Assembly: GCA_032122625.1 (NCBI GenBank)
Contig: JAQBGG010000004.1
Coordinates: 47,702-111,701 of the forward strand
Length of the DNA: 64,000 nucleotides
Source of the DNA: Acidobacteriota bacterium
GTDB taxonomy: Bacteria; Actinomycetota; Thermoleophilia; Solirubrobacterales; 70-9
Direction: 5' to 3'
This document shows, one piece after another, positions 29,946 to 39,999 of this stretch. Position 1 is the first letter of the stretch. Each line of letters opens with the position of its first letter. Under the pieces are notes generated by a model. That model saw nothing but the letters and a program-made list of their open reading frames with translations. It was not told the origin of the DNA and ran no database searches. Both the position numbers and the translations under genes were made by a program.

Positions 29946-31612
29946 GCAAGAAATCCACGCTTCGGATCCTGCCGCTCGGCGGGCTCGGCGAGATCGGCAA
30001 GAACATGATGGTTGTCGAGCTCGACGGCCGGATCGTGATCGTCGATACCGGCCTGATGTTCCCGACGGCGGAGATGCTCGGCATCGACCTGGTGCTGCCT
30101 GACTTCTCCTACCTGCGGGGCAGGCTCGACGACATCGAGGCGATCGTCCTCACCCACGGCCACGAGGACCACGTCGGCGCGCTCCCCTACGTGCTCAAGG
30201 AGATCGGGATCCCGCCGGCGATCTACGGTGGCCGACTGACGGTCGGTCTGGTCCGCTCGAAGCTCGAGGAGCACAAGCTGAAGAACGTGCCGATCCACGA
30301 GATCGAGGCCGGGGAGCGCAAGCAGGCCGGCCCGTTCGAGATCGAGACCGTGCACATGTCGCACTCGATCCCCGACGCCCGCGCCGTTGCCCTGCACACT
30401 GAGCTCGGGACGATTCTGCTCACCGGCGACTACAAGTTCGATCAGACCCCGGTCGATGGCCGTCCCGCTGACATCTCGAGGCTCGCGGCGCTTGGCTCCG
30501 AGGGTCTGCTCTGCCTCTGCGGGGATTCGACCAACGCCGACCGGCCCGGCGTGGCGCCGTCGGAGTCCAGCATCGGTCCGGCGCTGCTCGAGACCTTCTC
30601 GCGCTGCGAGGGCCGGATCATCGTCACCTCGTTCGCCTCCAATCTTCATCGCGTCCAGCAGGTCGTCGACGCGGCGATCGCGCTCGATCGCAAGGTCGCC
30701 CTGGTCGGACGCTCGATGCGGAAGAACTTCAACATCGCCCGCAACCTGGGGATCACCCGGGCGCCCGAGGGCCTCCTGATCCAGCCCCGTGAGATCGAGG
30801 ATTACCCCGACGAGGACGTGGTCGCGATCTCGACCGGCTCACAGGGGGAGCCGCTCTCGGCGCTGCGGCGGATGGCCGGCGGCGAGCACCGCGACGTCGA
30901 CTTGCACTCCGGCGACACCGTCGTCTTCAGCGCCACCCCGATCCCCGGCAACGAGCGCTCGGTGAACGAGACAATCGACAGGATCTTCGAGATCGGCGCC
31001 CGCGTGATCACCGCCCAGGACGCTCCGATCCACGCCTCCGGCCATGGCTGGCAGGAGGAGTTGAAGCTGATGCTCAACCTGACCAAGCCCAAATACGTGA
31101 TGCCGGTCCACGGCGACCACAAGCGGATCCGCCTGCACGCGCAGTTGGCCGAGTCCGTCGGCGTACCGCCGGCGAACATCTTCAAATCCAAGAACGGGAT
31201 CCCGCTCGAGATCACCGCCGACGGCGCCCGGCTTGGCGAGGACATCGGCGCCGGCGTGATCTTCGTCGACGGCGTCGATATCGGCGAGCCCGATGACGTT
31301 GCGCTCCGCGACCGCCGCACGCTCTCCGCCGACGGCCTGTTCATCGTCGTCGCCACGCTTTCCCGCGAACACGGCGAGTCGGTCGCCGATCCCGAGGTGA
31401 TCATCCGCGGCGTGCCGTTCCTCGACGATCAGGAGGTCGAGCGGTTGATCGAGGATCTCCAGGACGTCGTCGATGACTCGCTCGAGAAGGCCGCCAAGGG
31501 TGGTCGTGAGTTGACCCTGATCCAGGAGGATCTGCACGACGACATCGCGGCCTTCGTCTACGACAGGCTCCGCCGCCGCCCGATGGTGCTGCCGGTGGTC
31601 GTCGAGGTCTGA
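29942..31612 (+). CDS. rnj: ribonuclease J
   Basis: LRILPLGGLGEIGKNMMVVE, the metallo-beta-lactamase motif LTHGHEDHVGALP, and a beta-CASP region ending HASGH. The dapA-rnj pairing is conserved in Actinomycetota. Confidence 0.92.
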   Translation: MSKKSTLRILPLGGLGEIGKNMMVVELDGRIVIVDTGLMFPTAEMLGIDLVLPDFSYLRGRLDDIEAIVLTHGHEDHVGALPYVLKEIGIPPAIYGGRLTVGLVRSKLEEHKLKNVPIHEIEAGERKQAGPFEIETVHMSHSIPDARAVALHTELGTILLTGDYKFDQTPVDGRPADISRLAALGSEGLLCLCGDSTNADRPGVAPSESSIGPALLETFSRCEGRIIVTSFASNLHRVQQVVDAAIALDRKVALVGRSMRKNFNIARNLGITRAPEGLLIQPREIEDYPDEDVVAISTGSQGEPLSALRRMAGGEHRDVDLHSGDTVVFSATPIPGNERSVNETIDRIFEIGARVITAQDAPIHASGHGWQEELKLMLNLTKPKYVMPVHGDHKRIRLHAQLAESVGVPPANIFKSKNGIPLEITADGARLGEDIGAGVIFVDGVDIGEPDDVALRDRRTLSADGLFIVVATLSREHGESVADPEVIIRGVPFLDDQEVERLIEDLQDVVDDSLEKAAKGGRELTLIQEDLHDDIAAFVYDRLRRRPMVLPVVVEV

Positions 31613-31643
31613 GCCCGGGTCCCGTCGAGAGACCGGCCGCTGG

Positions 31644-32813
31644 TCAGCCCACCGGCTCGGCCAGCAGCGTGATTGCGGCGAGGACCAGCGCCAGCAACGC
31701 ATAGAGGGTCTTGCGCAGCGGGCCGCTGCTGGTGCGGAATGCGATGATCGCCTGCAGGCAGTAATAGGCGGCGAAGGCGCGCGAGGCAATCGTGATGATC
31801 ACGAAGGTGTCAACCGTCCAGCTGAGGATGATCGCCGCCACGCCGCTCAGCAGGTAGGCCCGCGAGCTTGTCATCGAGGCGATCATGCCGCGGAGATTGC
31901 CGGCGGCGGCCACGGTGTCCGCGGTGGCGGCACTGAACTGGCTGAACACGGCGCTGAGCACCAATGGCAGGGCGAGGAGCGGCGCGACCCGCTCGGTGAT
32001 GTCGAGCAGGTCGTTGTCGGGCCCGGCGCCGGTCCCCAGCCCAAACAGGGGGGTGGCGACCGCCACGAACCCGATGTAGATCGAGGTGGCGATGAGCTGT
32101 GCCACCCGCGAGGCCCAGACGCGGGTCTGGGCGTCGTATTCCTCGGCCAGATAGCGGACCGTCTCGAAGCCCTGGACGGTGATCACGATCCCGCCGAGTA
32201 CGAGCAACGTGTCGGCGATCCCGCGGTCGGGGACGGGCGGCAGCTCGAGGCTGCCTGAGAGCAGGTCGGCCGCATCGGTGAAGAACAGGGCGCCGCCGAG
32301 GACCGTGGTCAGGACGAACACCGCGCTGAGCGCGAGCCGCTCCATCAGATCGAGGCCGCGGAACCCACGCGTGACCCCGACCGCAACGATCAGGGCGACG
32401 GTCCCGGCCGCCAGTGCCCGTTCGAGCGTCTGCGAACCGTCGAAACCGTAGGCGACGACGTATTGGGCCATGATCCGCAGGTAGAGGGCGACTGAGATCA
32501 CGTAGGCGACGACGATCACGACGTCGGCGACGCGGTCGATCCGGACGGTGGTCCGATCGAGGGTGCCATCGGCTAGCCCGGGCTCGACCTCGGTGACGAT
32601 GTGGCGGATTGCGGTGCCGACGAACCAGGCGAGCAGGCAGATCCCGATCACGCCCAACAGCGCGAGGCCTCCGAGCGTGCGCTCGAGGACCGGCACGATG
32701 ATCAGAAATCCGCTGCCGAAGATCGATGCGAGTGGCGTGACCGACGCCCTCAGCACCGCTCTCGTATCGGGCCGTCCGGCCGGGGACGTGGTCGCCTCCA
32801 CGCGGCCATTCAA
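31644..32813 (-). CDS. uncharacterised polytopic membrane protein (about 10-11 TM segments)
   Basis: 389 aa with a TTG start. Hydrophobic segments occur throughout (SIFGSGFLIIVPVL, LALLGVIGICLLAWFVG and others). A weak APC-transporter-like impression is the only family hint. Confidence 0.5.
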   Translation of the reverse strand: MNGRVEATTSPAGRPDTRAVLRASVTPLASIFGSGFLIIVPVLERTLGGLALLGVIGICLLAWFVGTAIRHIVTEVEPGLADGTLDRTTVRIDRVADVVIVVAYVISVALYLRIMAQYVVAYGFDGSQTLERALAAGTVALIVAVGVTRGFRGLDLMERLALSAVFVLTTVLGGALFFTDAADLLSGSLELPPVPDRGIADTLLVLGGIVITVQGFETVRYLAEEYDAQTRVWASRVAQLIATSIYIGFVAVATPLFGLGTGAGPDNDLLDITERVAPLLALPLVLSAVFSQFSAATADTVAAAGNLRGMIASMTSSRAYLLSGVAAIILSWTVDTFVIITIASRAFAAYYCLQAIIAFRTSSGPLRKTLYALLALVLAAITLLAEPVG

Positions 32814-32855
32814 TCAAGGCCGGCGGCTCAGTCGAGGGCGCCCGCCGTCTCGGGC

Positions 32856-32899
32856 ACAAAAAGTGGCCCGTCGGACCAGGGAGGGAGGTCCGACGGGCC
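32856..32899 (-). terminator. intrinsic terminator of the histidine kinase / response regulator operon
   Basis: A 13-bp perfect stem (32865-32877 with 32887-32899) has a 9-nt loop. On the minus strand it is followed by ACTTTTTGTG (A5 at 32858-32862 on the + strand). Confidence 0.65.
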
Positions 32900-33040
32900 G
32901 ATTGGCTCAGGCTGGCCAATTTTGGAACCCACCGCGGCCGGTTACTTTGGGGGAGGTTGGTCGCGGTGGATCTTGTCTCGTCCAAGTCATATGTTGGACC
33001 CGCGGGGTAAACCGCTACTTAAGCCAGAGCAAGTGTTTGC

Positions 33041-34501
33041 TCAAGCTCGCGATCGTTTCTCGGGAGCGCGATCGGGAGCGCGATCGAGAGCGCGATCGAG
33101 CGGCAGGGTGACCAGAAACCGCGCCCCGCCGAGCTGGGAGCGATCGGCGCTGACATCGCCGCCATGGGCGATCGCGACGGCGCGCACGATCGAGAGGCCG
33201 AGCCCGGTCCCGTCACCGTTTGAGGAATTCCTGTCGGCGGGGCCGATCCCGCGCACGAAACGCTCGAAGACCTGCTCCTTGATCTCGTCCGGCAGGCCGG
33301 GGCCGTTGTCCTCGATCGCGATCAGGGCGTTGCCACCCTCGACTCGTAGGCCGAGGTTGATCTCGCTGCCGGCGGGGGTATGGCGGACCGCGTTCTCGAG
33401 CAGGTTGAGGATCATCCGGTGCAGCTCATCGGCATTGCCGCAAAGCTCGGCCCCGGGCTCGACATCGGCGCTCAGTCGGTGTTCACCGGCAACCGGATGC
33501 ACCTCCTCGAAGGCCTCGCAGGCGATCGCCGAGAGATCGACCTCGACCGGGGCCTCGCGACGCCCGGCGTCTGCTCGGGCGAGGATCAGCAGGTCGGCGA
33601 CCAGGCGGCTCATTCGCCGCGAGCTACGCAGCGCTGAGCGCGCCGCCGCCTGCGAGTCCTCGTCGCCGTCCTCCATCGATGCCTCGAGCAACTCGAGGTT
33701 GGCGAGGATGCTGGTCAACGGGGTGCGCAGCTCGTGCGAGGCGTCGGCGACGAACTCGCGCTGACGCTGCACCGTGTGCTCGGTCTCCGTCCGTGCGGCG
33801 TCAAGCTCCCTGAGCATCTCCTCGAGCGTCCTCGCGAGCTCGGCCACCTCGTCATTGCTCTCGGGCTGCGGAATCCGCATCGAGGGGTCGCGAGTGCTGG
33901 CGATCCTGCGGGCCGTTCCGGTCAGCGCGGCAATCGGCTGCATCGCCCGGTTGGCAACGGTCATCCCGGCGAAGACGGCGAGCAGGGTGCCGATCACGAC
34001 GCCGCCGCCGAGGAACAGCCAGAGTCGGTCGATGGTGGCGTCGACGCTGGCCCGCGACTGGGCGTACTGGACGTACAGCGCACCGCCGAAGTCGTTCCTG
34101 CCGATCAGCTGGGAGGCGACTCGGAGCGAGCCGCCGACCTCGCGGATCCTGCCGGTATCGGGGTCGCCGAAATCGGGAGCATCGGGCGTCTCGTACTGGA
34201 TCTTGCCGGTCGGGCCCTCGACGACGCGGATGTCGGCGTGGTTGGCCATCGCGATCTGTTCGAGGTCGGCTTGGGTCGGCCTCGAGGGCCCGTCCCTGAC
34301 GGCGAGGGCGACGGCGAGGCCGTTGGCCGTGCCCTGCAGATCATCGCGGAAGTCGGCTTCGATCCGGTTGGTGACGAGCCGTCCGACGACGACGGCGAAT
34401 GCGATCAGGATCACGGCCGTGAGCGTCCCCGAGAAGATCGCGAGCCTGGTGCGGACCGGCTGGCGCCGCAGCTTCGCCATCAGGGGACTCACGACTCTCA
34501 C
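33041..34501 (-). CDS. sensor histidine kinase (2 TM, HAMP, HisKA, HATPase_c)
   Basis: H-box FVADASHELRTPLTSI, N-box LLENAVRHTP, and G-boxes EDNGPGLP and GTGLGLSIV. Confidence 0.9.
   Translation of the reverse strand: MRVVSPLMAKLRRQPVRTRLAIFSGTLTAVILIAFAVVVGRLVTNRIEADFRDDLQGTANGLAVALAVRDGPSRPTQADLEQIAMANHADIRVVEGPTGKIQYETPDAPDFGDPDTGRIREVGGSLRVASQLIGRNDFGGALYVQYAQSRASVDATIDRLWLFLGGGVVIGTLLAVFAGMTVANRAMQPIAALTGTARRIASTRDPSMRIPQPESNDEVAELARTLEEMLRELDAARTETEHTVQRQREFVADASHELRTPLTSILANLELLEASMEDGDEDSQAAARSALRSSRRMSRLVADLLILARADAGRREAPVEVDLSAIACEAFEEVHPVAGEHRLSADVEPGAELCGNADELHRMILNLLENAVRHTPAGSEINLGLRVEGGNALIAIEDNGPGLPDEIKEQVFERFVRGIGPADRNSSNGDGTGLGLSIVRAVAIAHGGDVSADRSQLGGARFLVTLPLDRALDRAPDRAPEKRSRA
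33064..33099 (-). repeat. 3 x 12-bp in-frame tandem repeat at the histidine kinase C-terminus
   Basis: GAGCGCGATCGG / GAGCGCGATCGA / GAGCGCGATCGA on the + strand encodes the (L/P)DRA repeats of ...LDRALDRAPDRAPEKRSRA. Confidence 0.9.
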
Positions 34502-35208
34502 GGACGCACCACGTAACCGGCCCCGCGTTTGGTGTGCAGGATCCGGGTCTCGCCTCCCTCTTCGAGCTTGCGTCGCAGGTTGCTGATGAAGACGTCGATC
34601 GTGTTCGTCATCGAGGTCGGGTCGTAGCCCCAGACCTCCTCGAGCAGGCGCTCGCGGGAGATCACCAGCTTCTGGTTCCGCATCAGGAACTCGAGCAGCT
34701 CGAACTCGCGAGCGGTGAGGTCGAGCTGGCGGTCGCTCCGCGATACGTCCCTGGTGTCGGGATTGAGCGTCAGGTCGCTGACCCGCAGCGAGGCGCTGCC
34801 GCGGGGTGGTCTGCGGCGCATCAGTGCCCGCAGGCGGGCGAGCAGCTCGGCACGCTCGAATGGCTTCACGAGGTAGTCGTCGGCGCCGGCGTCGAGGCCC
34901 CGCACTCGATCGTCGGTGTCGGCCCGCGCCGTGAGGATCAGAATCGGCACGTCGCTCTCCTCGCGCAGCCTGCGACAGACCTCGACCCCGTCGAGCTTCG
35001 GCAGGCCGAGGTCCAGGACGACCATGTCCGGGGCGAAGTCGTGGGCGGAGGCGAGGGCCTCCTCGCCGTCAGCCGCGGTTCGTACCTCGTGTCCCTCCTG
35101 GCGCAGCGAGCGCCGCAGCACGTCGGCTATGTCTTCGTCGTCCTCGACCACGAGGACGCGGCCGAGCATGGTGTCAGCGTCAGTCATCTCTCCAATCTTA
35201 AAGATCAA
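34498..35208 (-). CDS. OmpR-family response regulator
   Basis: The receiver domain reads VLVVEDDEDIADVL...VVLDLGLPKLDG. A winged-helix C-terminus follows (LTAREFELLEFL...RGAGYVV). It overlaps the kinase start by 4 nt. The start is uncertain: TTG 35208, ATG 35187 or ATG 35169. Confidence 0.9.
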   Translation of the reverse strand: MIFKIGEMTDADTMLGRVLVVEDDEDIADVLRRSLRQEGHEVRTAADGEEALASAHDFAPDMVVLDLGLPKLDGVEVCRRLREESDVPILILTARADTDDRVRGLDAGADDYLVKPFERAELLARLRALMRRRPPRGSASLRVSDLTLNPDTRDVSRSDRQLDLTAREFELLEFLMRNQKLVISRERLLEEVWGYDPTSMTNTIDVFISNLRRKLEEGGETRILHTKRGAGYVVRP

Positions 35209-35289
35209 CCTTCACGGTTCCTAAGCGCGGGCGCCTCTGAGCCGTGGATTGCGCAGGGGTCAAGGCCTCGGTGTCGAAGGGGCAGACGA

Positions 35290-37824
35290 ATGGCATTGAT
35301 CCCGTCTTGGCGCTCAGACAAGCGCGGCGGAGCGAGCTCCAAGGGTGGAGGTCGGTCCGGTGCGCGTAAGCCCGCGAAGAAAGCGAGGAAGCCGGCGCGT
35401 AAGGCCCCGGCGGCTCGGCCCGCGCGTGAGCTCGAGCAGCGCCACCTCGACCTGATCGGGCTCGCCTGCCTCGGCGCGGCGCTCTACAGCGGTTTCGTCC
35501 TCTATGGAGGCTGGGACGGTGGCAAGGTGGGGGAGGGGCTAGGGGACGGCCTCGGCTGGCTGGCCGGCGCCTCCGCCTACGCATTGCCGATGCTGCTGGC
35601 CGGCCTCGGCGCGGCACTTGTTCTGCGGCCCTTCGTCCGCTACCCGGGGGCGCTGAACGCGGGGGCGATCCTGCTCGTCGCGGGACTGCTTCTCGCCTTT
35701 GCCGCGGAGACCGCCGGAATCGGCCCCGAGCGTCCCGTTCGCGGGGACGAGTTCTTCAATCCCGACTACTTCACCGAGCACGGCGGGGCTGTGGGCGAGG
35801 TCCTCTACTGGGCCGCAACGACCCTCTTTCAGACGATCGGCGCCCACATCATCGCCGTCCTCCTCGTGATCAGCGGCGCCCTGCTGCTCACCGGCCGCCC
35901 GATCGCCTCATTGCTGCGTTCCGGCGCCGAGGCCGGGCAGCGGGCCAAGGAGGCGACCGGCGAGATGGCCCGGACGGCCAAGCAGGTCCGTGCCGGCCGC
36001 GGCGACGTCGGCAATCAGGTGACCTATCCGTTCGGGCCGAGCGGGCCCGAGGCCGTGACGGACTTCGAGGACCCCGGCGAGACGATCGAGCTCGACGATG
36101 ATGAGTTCGCCACCGAAGCCGCCGCGACCGCCGAGCACCCCGCCGCCGAGGGCGACGAGGAGGCCGACGGGTCCCCGATTCCGGACCCAGCCGTCCCCGT
36201 CGTCGAGGTCAAGGCCGATCCCGACGCCGTCGGTGGCCCGCCCGACGACGTTGGGGCCGAGATCGAGATCTTGAAGACGCCGATGGGCGCCAGGCGGACG
36301 ACGGGCGGGATCACCGAGTCCGAGGAGATCAACTACAAGCTGCCGCCGCCCAAGGCTCTGAAACGTACCGCTGGGGGTGACCGCGGACCGGACAAGCGTG
36401 ATCTCGAGGCGACGGCAGGGGCGTTGCTCGAGGCACTCGGTCATTTTGGGATCGAGGCGAAGCTGGTGGGGACCGTCACCGGCCCCCACGTCAGCCGCTT
36501 CGAGCTGCAGCTCGCGCCGGGCACGAAGGTAGGCAAGATCTCGCAGCTCAAGGACGACCTCGCCTATGCCCTGGCCTCCACGGACATCCGCATCCTCGCT
36601 CCGATCCCGGGCAAGCGAGCCGTCGGGGTCGAGGTACCGAACGCGAAACGGAGGATGGTCCGCCTCGGCGACATCTACCAGGGCAGGCCGAAGGGGTCGA
36701 GCCCGCTGACCTGCTGGCTCGGCAAGGACATCTCCGGCCAGGCGATCTGGACCGACCTGGCGAAGATGCCCCACATCCTGATCGCCGGCACCACAGGCTC
36801 CGGCAAGTCGGGTTGCGTCAATACGGTGCTCAGCTCGATGCTCCTGCACAGCTCGCCGAACGAGCTGAGGCTGGTGCTGGTAGACCCCAAGCAGGTCGAG
36901 CTCAATCACTACGACTCGATCCCGCACCTGCTGACGCCGGTCGTAACCTCGCCGCGAGTCGCCTCCAACGTGCTCGAGAACCTGATCGGGGAGATGGAGG
37001 CGCGCTACACAGTCATGGGTGACGCCCGGGCCCGGAACCTCGATGAGCTGAACAAGATCCGTCGTGGAAAGAGCGAGGCACCGCTGCCGCATATCCTCTG
37101 CGTGATCGACGAGCTTGCCGACCTGATGATGGTCGCTCCGGCCGAGGTCGAGGATTCGATCATCCGCCTTGCCCAGAAGTCCCGAGCGGTCGGCATCCAC
37201 CTTATCCTCGCGACGCAGCGGCCCTCGACCGACATCATCACCGGCACGATCAAGGTCAATATCCCTGCCCGGATCGCCTTCGCCGTCGCCTCCCAGATCG
37301 ACTCCCGGGTGATTCTCGACCAGGGCGGCGCCGAGTCGCTGCTGGGTCAGGGCGACATGCTCTTCCGCCCGGTCGGCTCCTCGAAGCTGCAGCGTGTGCA
37401 GGGAGCATTCATCACCGAGGAGGAGATCGCCCGGATCGTCGCCTGCTGGAGCCGGCAGGGCGAGCCCAACTTCGACGTCGAGTTGCTCGAGGCCAAGCCG
37501 GACGCCGATCCAGATCCCAACGGCGGTGAGTTCAGCCCTGACGAGGACGATCTGCTCGAGGATGCGATCCGGATCTGCGTAGAGACGGAGACGGCCTCGG
37601 TCTCGATGATCCAGCGCCGGCTCAGGGTCGGATACACGCGGGCCGGCCGCCTGATCGACATGCTTGAGCGACGCGGTGTGATCAGCGGCTACGAGGGCTC
37701 GAAGCCGCGGCAGGTGCTGATCAGCCACGCCGACATACCCCGGATCCTCGGTGGCGGGGCGCCGAGCGACGACGGCGAGGGGCCGCCGACCGGGGAGGCG
37801 GAGCGCGAGACCGTCCCGGGCTGA
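35290..37824 (+). CDS. ftsK: DNA translocase FtsK
   Basis: ATG at residue 253 of ORF 34534..37824; the upstream part is antisense to the response regulator. The protein has 4 TM helices, a linker, the motor domain (HILIAGTTGSGKS, CVIDELADLM, ATQRPS) and a gamma domain (SMIQRRLRVGYTRAGRLID). Confidence 0.92.
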   Translation: MALIPSWRSDKRGGASSKGGGRSGARKPAKKARKPARKAPAARPARELEQRHLDLIGLACLGAALYSGFVLYGGWDGGKVGEGLGDGLGWLAGASAYALPMLLAGLGAALVLRPFVRYPGALNAGAILLVAGLLLAFAAETAGIGPERPVRGDEFFNPDYFTEHGGAVGEVLYWAATTLFQTIGAHIIAVLLVISGALLLTGRPIASLLRSGAEAGQRAKEATGEMARTAKQVRAGRGDVGNQVTYPFGPSGPEAVTDFEDPGETIELDDDEFATEAAATAEHPAAEGDEEADGSPIPDPAVPVVEVKADPDAVGGPPDDVGAEIEILKTPMGARRTTGGITESEEINYKLPPPKALKRTAGGDRGPDKRDLEATAGALLEALGHFGIEAKLVGTVTGPHVSRFELQLAPGTKVGKISQLKDDLAYALASTDIRILAPIPGKRAVGVEVPNAKRRMVRLGDIYQGRPKGSSPLTCWLGKDISGQAIWTDLAKMPHILIAGTTGSGKSGCVNTVLSSMLLHSSPNELRLVLVDPKQVELNHYDSIPHLLTPVVTSPRVASNVLENLIGEMEARYTVMGDARARNLDELNKIRRGKSEAPLPHILCVIDELADLMMVAPAEVEDSIIRLAQKSRAVGIHLILATQRPSTDIITGTIKVNIPARIAFAVASQIDSRVILDQGGAESLLGQGDMLFRPVGSSKLQRVQGAFITEEEIARIVACWSRQGEPNFDVELLEAKPDADPDPNGGEFSPDEDDLLEDAIRICVETETASVSMIQRRLRVGYTRAGRLIDMLERRGVISGYEGSKPRQVLISHADIPRILGGGAPSDDGEGPPTGEAERETVPG

Positions 37825-37863
37825 GGTCCGAGGCGCGGCCGCCCTCCGCAATACTGCGCGTCG

Positions 37864-38676
37864 ATGACCCCAGATGGGACCGGCCGGATTGAGATCGGAG
37901 CCGCGCTCCGCGATGCTCGGCGCCGCTATGGGATGGATGTCCGCGAGGTCGAGGATCGGACCAAGATCCGCGCCAAATACATCCGCGCGCTCGAGAACGA
38001 GGATTGGGAGACGCTGCCCGCCCCGGCCTATATCCGTGGCTTTCTCCGCACCTACGGGTCGATGGTTGGACTCGACGGTGAGATGCTGGTCGACGAGTTC
38101 CGTCGCCGCTACGGCTCTGAGGCTGAGGCGAGTGGGCCGGCTCCCCCTGATCCGATCCTCACCGGGCGTCGGCGCCCCGGCGAGCGTCCACCTTCACGCG
38201 GGCCGCTGATCCTCGCCGTCCTCGCCGGGATCGTTGTCCTGCTGCTGCTGCTGAGCTTGCTGGGCGGCTCCGACGACCCAGCCCCGGAGGAGCCACGGGG
38301 CCAAGGGCAGGCCAAGCAGGCCCGCGCCGCGCAGCGAAAGGCAGACAGGCAGGCGGAGCAGCGGCGGAAGGCGCGGAAGAAGGCTGAGGCCAACCGGCTC
38401 CAGAAGGTGGACGCCACGCTGAAGCCGCTGTCGACGGTCGCTGTCTGTCTGGTGGCCGGCAGCGACACGGCGCTGATCGACAACCAGGTCTTGCTGGAGG
38501 GGGCCAAGGAGCAGTTCGGGGCCGAGAAGCGCTACCGGCTGACGCTGGGCCCCGGGGCGGTCAAGTTCGTCGTCGGCGACACCGAGAAGAAGCTCGAGGT
38601 CGCCGAGAACGCCAGCTTCGAGGGCGACTCGAAGGGAATCCGCGAGATCACCTATCGCGGGCCGGAGTGCCCGTGA
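37864..38676 (+). CDS. RodZ-like HTH membrane protein (HTH + TM + DUF4115-like C-terminus)
   Basis: IGAALRDARRRYGMDVREVEDRTKIRAKYIRALENEDWETLPAPAYIRGFLRTY, followed by one TM helix (LILAVLAGIVVLLLLL). Confidence 0.7.
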   Translation: MTPDGTGRIEIGAALRDARRRYGMDVREVEDRTKIRAKYIRALENEDWETLPAPAYIRGFLRTYGSMVGLDGEMLVDEFRRRYGSEAEASGPAPPDPILTGRRRPGERPPSRGPLILAVLAGIVVLLLLLSLLGGSDDPAPEEPRGQGQAKQARAAQRKADRQAEQRRKARKKAEANRLQKVDATLKPLSTVAVCLVAGSDTALIDNQVLLEGAKEQFGAEKRYRLTLGPGAVKFVVGDTEKKLEVAENASFEGDSKGIREITYRGPECP

Positions 38677-39965
38677 GCGGCCCGGCGGCTGAGGTCAGGG
38701 CCGGGATCATCGTCACCGGCACCGAGGTTCTGACGGGCAAGACCAGCGATCGCAACGGTCCCTGGGTCTCCGAGCGTCTCGGTGAGCTCGGCATCGAGGT
38801 CGCTCACATCACGGTCGTCGGCGATCGGGCCGACGATCTCGAGGCAGCGCTGCGGTTTCTCGTCGACCGGGGCATCGATCTGATCGTTACGACCGGCGGC
38901 CTGGGCCCGACGGCCGACGATCTCACCACTGAGGTGGTCGCCGGCTTTGCCGGGCGCGAGATGGTGCTCGATGAGCGAATGGAGCGGCGAATCACGGCGA
39001 TCATCGAGGAGTTCGCGAAACGGATGAAATTTGACCCCGAGGGAGCCCGGGACGGGACGCGCAAGCAGGCGATGATCCCCGAGGGAGCCATACCCCTGGA
39101 TCCCGTTGGGACCGCCCCCGGCGTGGTCGTCGAAGCCGGCGAAGCGCTCGTGATGGTGCTCCCGGGGCCGCCCCGGGAGCTGCAGGGCATGTGGCCGGCG
39201 GCGCTCGCCTGCGAGCCGGTCGCCGCGCTGGTCGAGCGGGCACCGCAGTCCGAGACGGCGACGATGAAGATGTTCGGAGTACCGGAGTCAACTCTGGCCA
39301 AGAGCCTGCGCGAGATCGAGGCGGAGACCCCGATCGCGCGGCTCGAGATCACGACCTGCCTGCGCCGAGGCGCCGAACTGGAGATCGACGTCCGCTACCT
39401 GGCCGCGGACGCCGGCCTGCGAGACGCCCTCTTCGACGGCCTCCGCGAGCGCCATCAACGCTTCATCTACACCGAGCGGGGTGAGACGATCGATGAGCTC
39501 GTCGCCGCCGCGCTCGCGGGCCGGCGGCTGGCTCTGGCGGAATCGTGTACCGCGGGGCTGCTGGCCGCTCGGGTCACCGACCGCCCCGGCGCCTCCGACT
39601 ACTTCGCGGGTGGGGTCGTGGCCTACTCCAACGAGGCGAAGACGGCGCTCCTCGGGGTCCCGATGGAACTGATCGAGGAGCATGGGGCGGTCTCGCCGGA
39701 GGTCGCCGTGGCGATGGCGGATGGCGCCCTGGCTCGCTTCGGCGCCGACACCGGCGTCGCGGTCACCGGCATCGCCGGACCTGATGGCGGCACCGCGGGG
39801 AAGCCGGTGGGCTGCGTCTGCATCTGCGTCAAGACGAGCGATGGCCGCAGTCTGGCCCGTGACCTGAAGCTTCCCGGTGGCCGCGGCGATGTTCGCGACC
39901 GCTCCGTGAGCGTCTCCCTGCACATGCTCCGCAGGCTCCTGATCGGTGAGGATCTGCCGCTTTGA
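38667..39965 (+). CDS. cinA: competence/damage-inducible protein CinA (MoCF-like domain + NMN deamidase domain)
   Basis: GIIVTGTEVLTGKTSDRNG, TTGGLGPTADD, then the C-terminal ESCTAGLLA...GVVAYSNEAK...GIAGPDGG. Confidence 0.87.
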   Translation: MPVSGPAAEVRAGIIVTGTEVLTGKTSDRNGPWVSERLGELGIEVAHITVVGDRADDLEAALRFLVDRGIDLIVTTGGLGPTADDLTTEVVAGFAGREMVLDERMERRITAIIEEFAKRMKFDPEGARDGTRKQAMIPEGAIPLDPVGTAPGVVVEAGEALVMVLPGPPRELQGMWPAALACEPVAALVERAPQSETATMKMFGVPESTLAKSLREIEAETPIARLEITTCLRRGAELEIDVRYLAADAGLRDALFDGLRERHQRFIYTERGETIDELVAAALAGRRLALAESCTAGLLAARVTDRPGASDYFAGGVVAYSNEAKTALLGVPMELIEEHGAVSPEVAVAMADGALARFGADTGVAVTGIAGPDGGTAGKPVGCVCICVKTSDGRSLARDLKLPGGRGDVRDRSVSVSLHMLRRLLIGEDLPL

Positions 39966-39999
39966 GCCCGTTCGCGGCGGCGCTCCCCCCGCGGCCGGC

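Noticed and set aside
33064-33099. Possible CRISPR-like or minisatellite array
   Set aside because: There are only three 12-bp units with no spacers, lying in frame inside a kinase gene. No cas genes are present, so this is not a CRISPR array.
34534-35289. N-terminal 252 codons of the 1096-aa ftsK ORF
   Set aside because: This part is antisense to the response regulator and has no FtsK similarity. ATG 35290 begins the expected basic N-terminus followed by TM helices.
35908-37851. 647-aa minus-strand ORF antisense to ftsK
   Set aside because: It is antisense to a gene with an unambiguous FtsK motor and gamma domains. Its composition is typical of spurious GC-rich frames.
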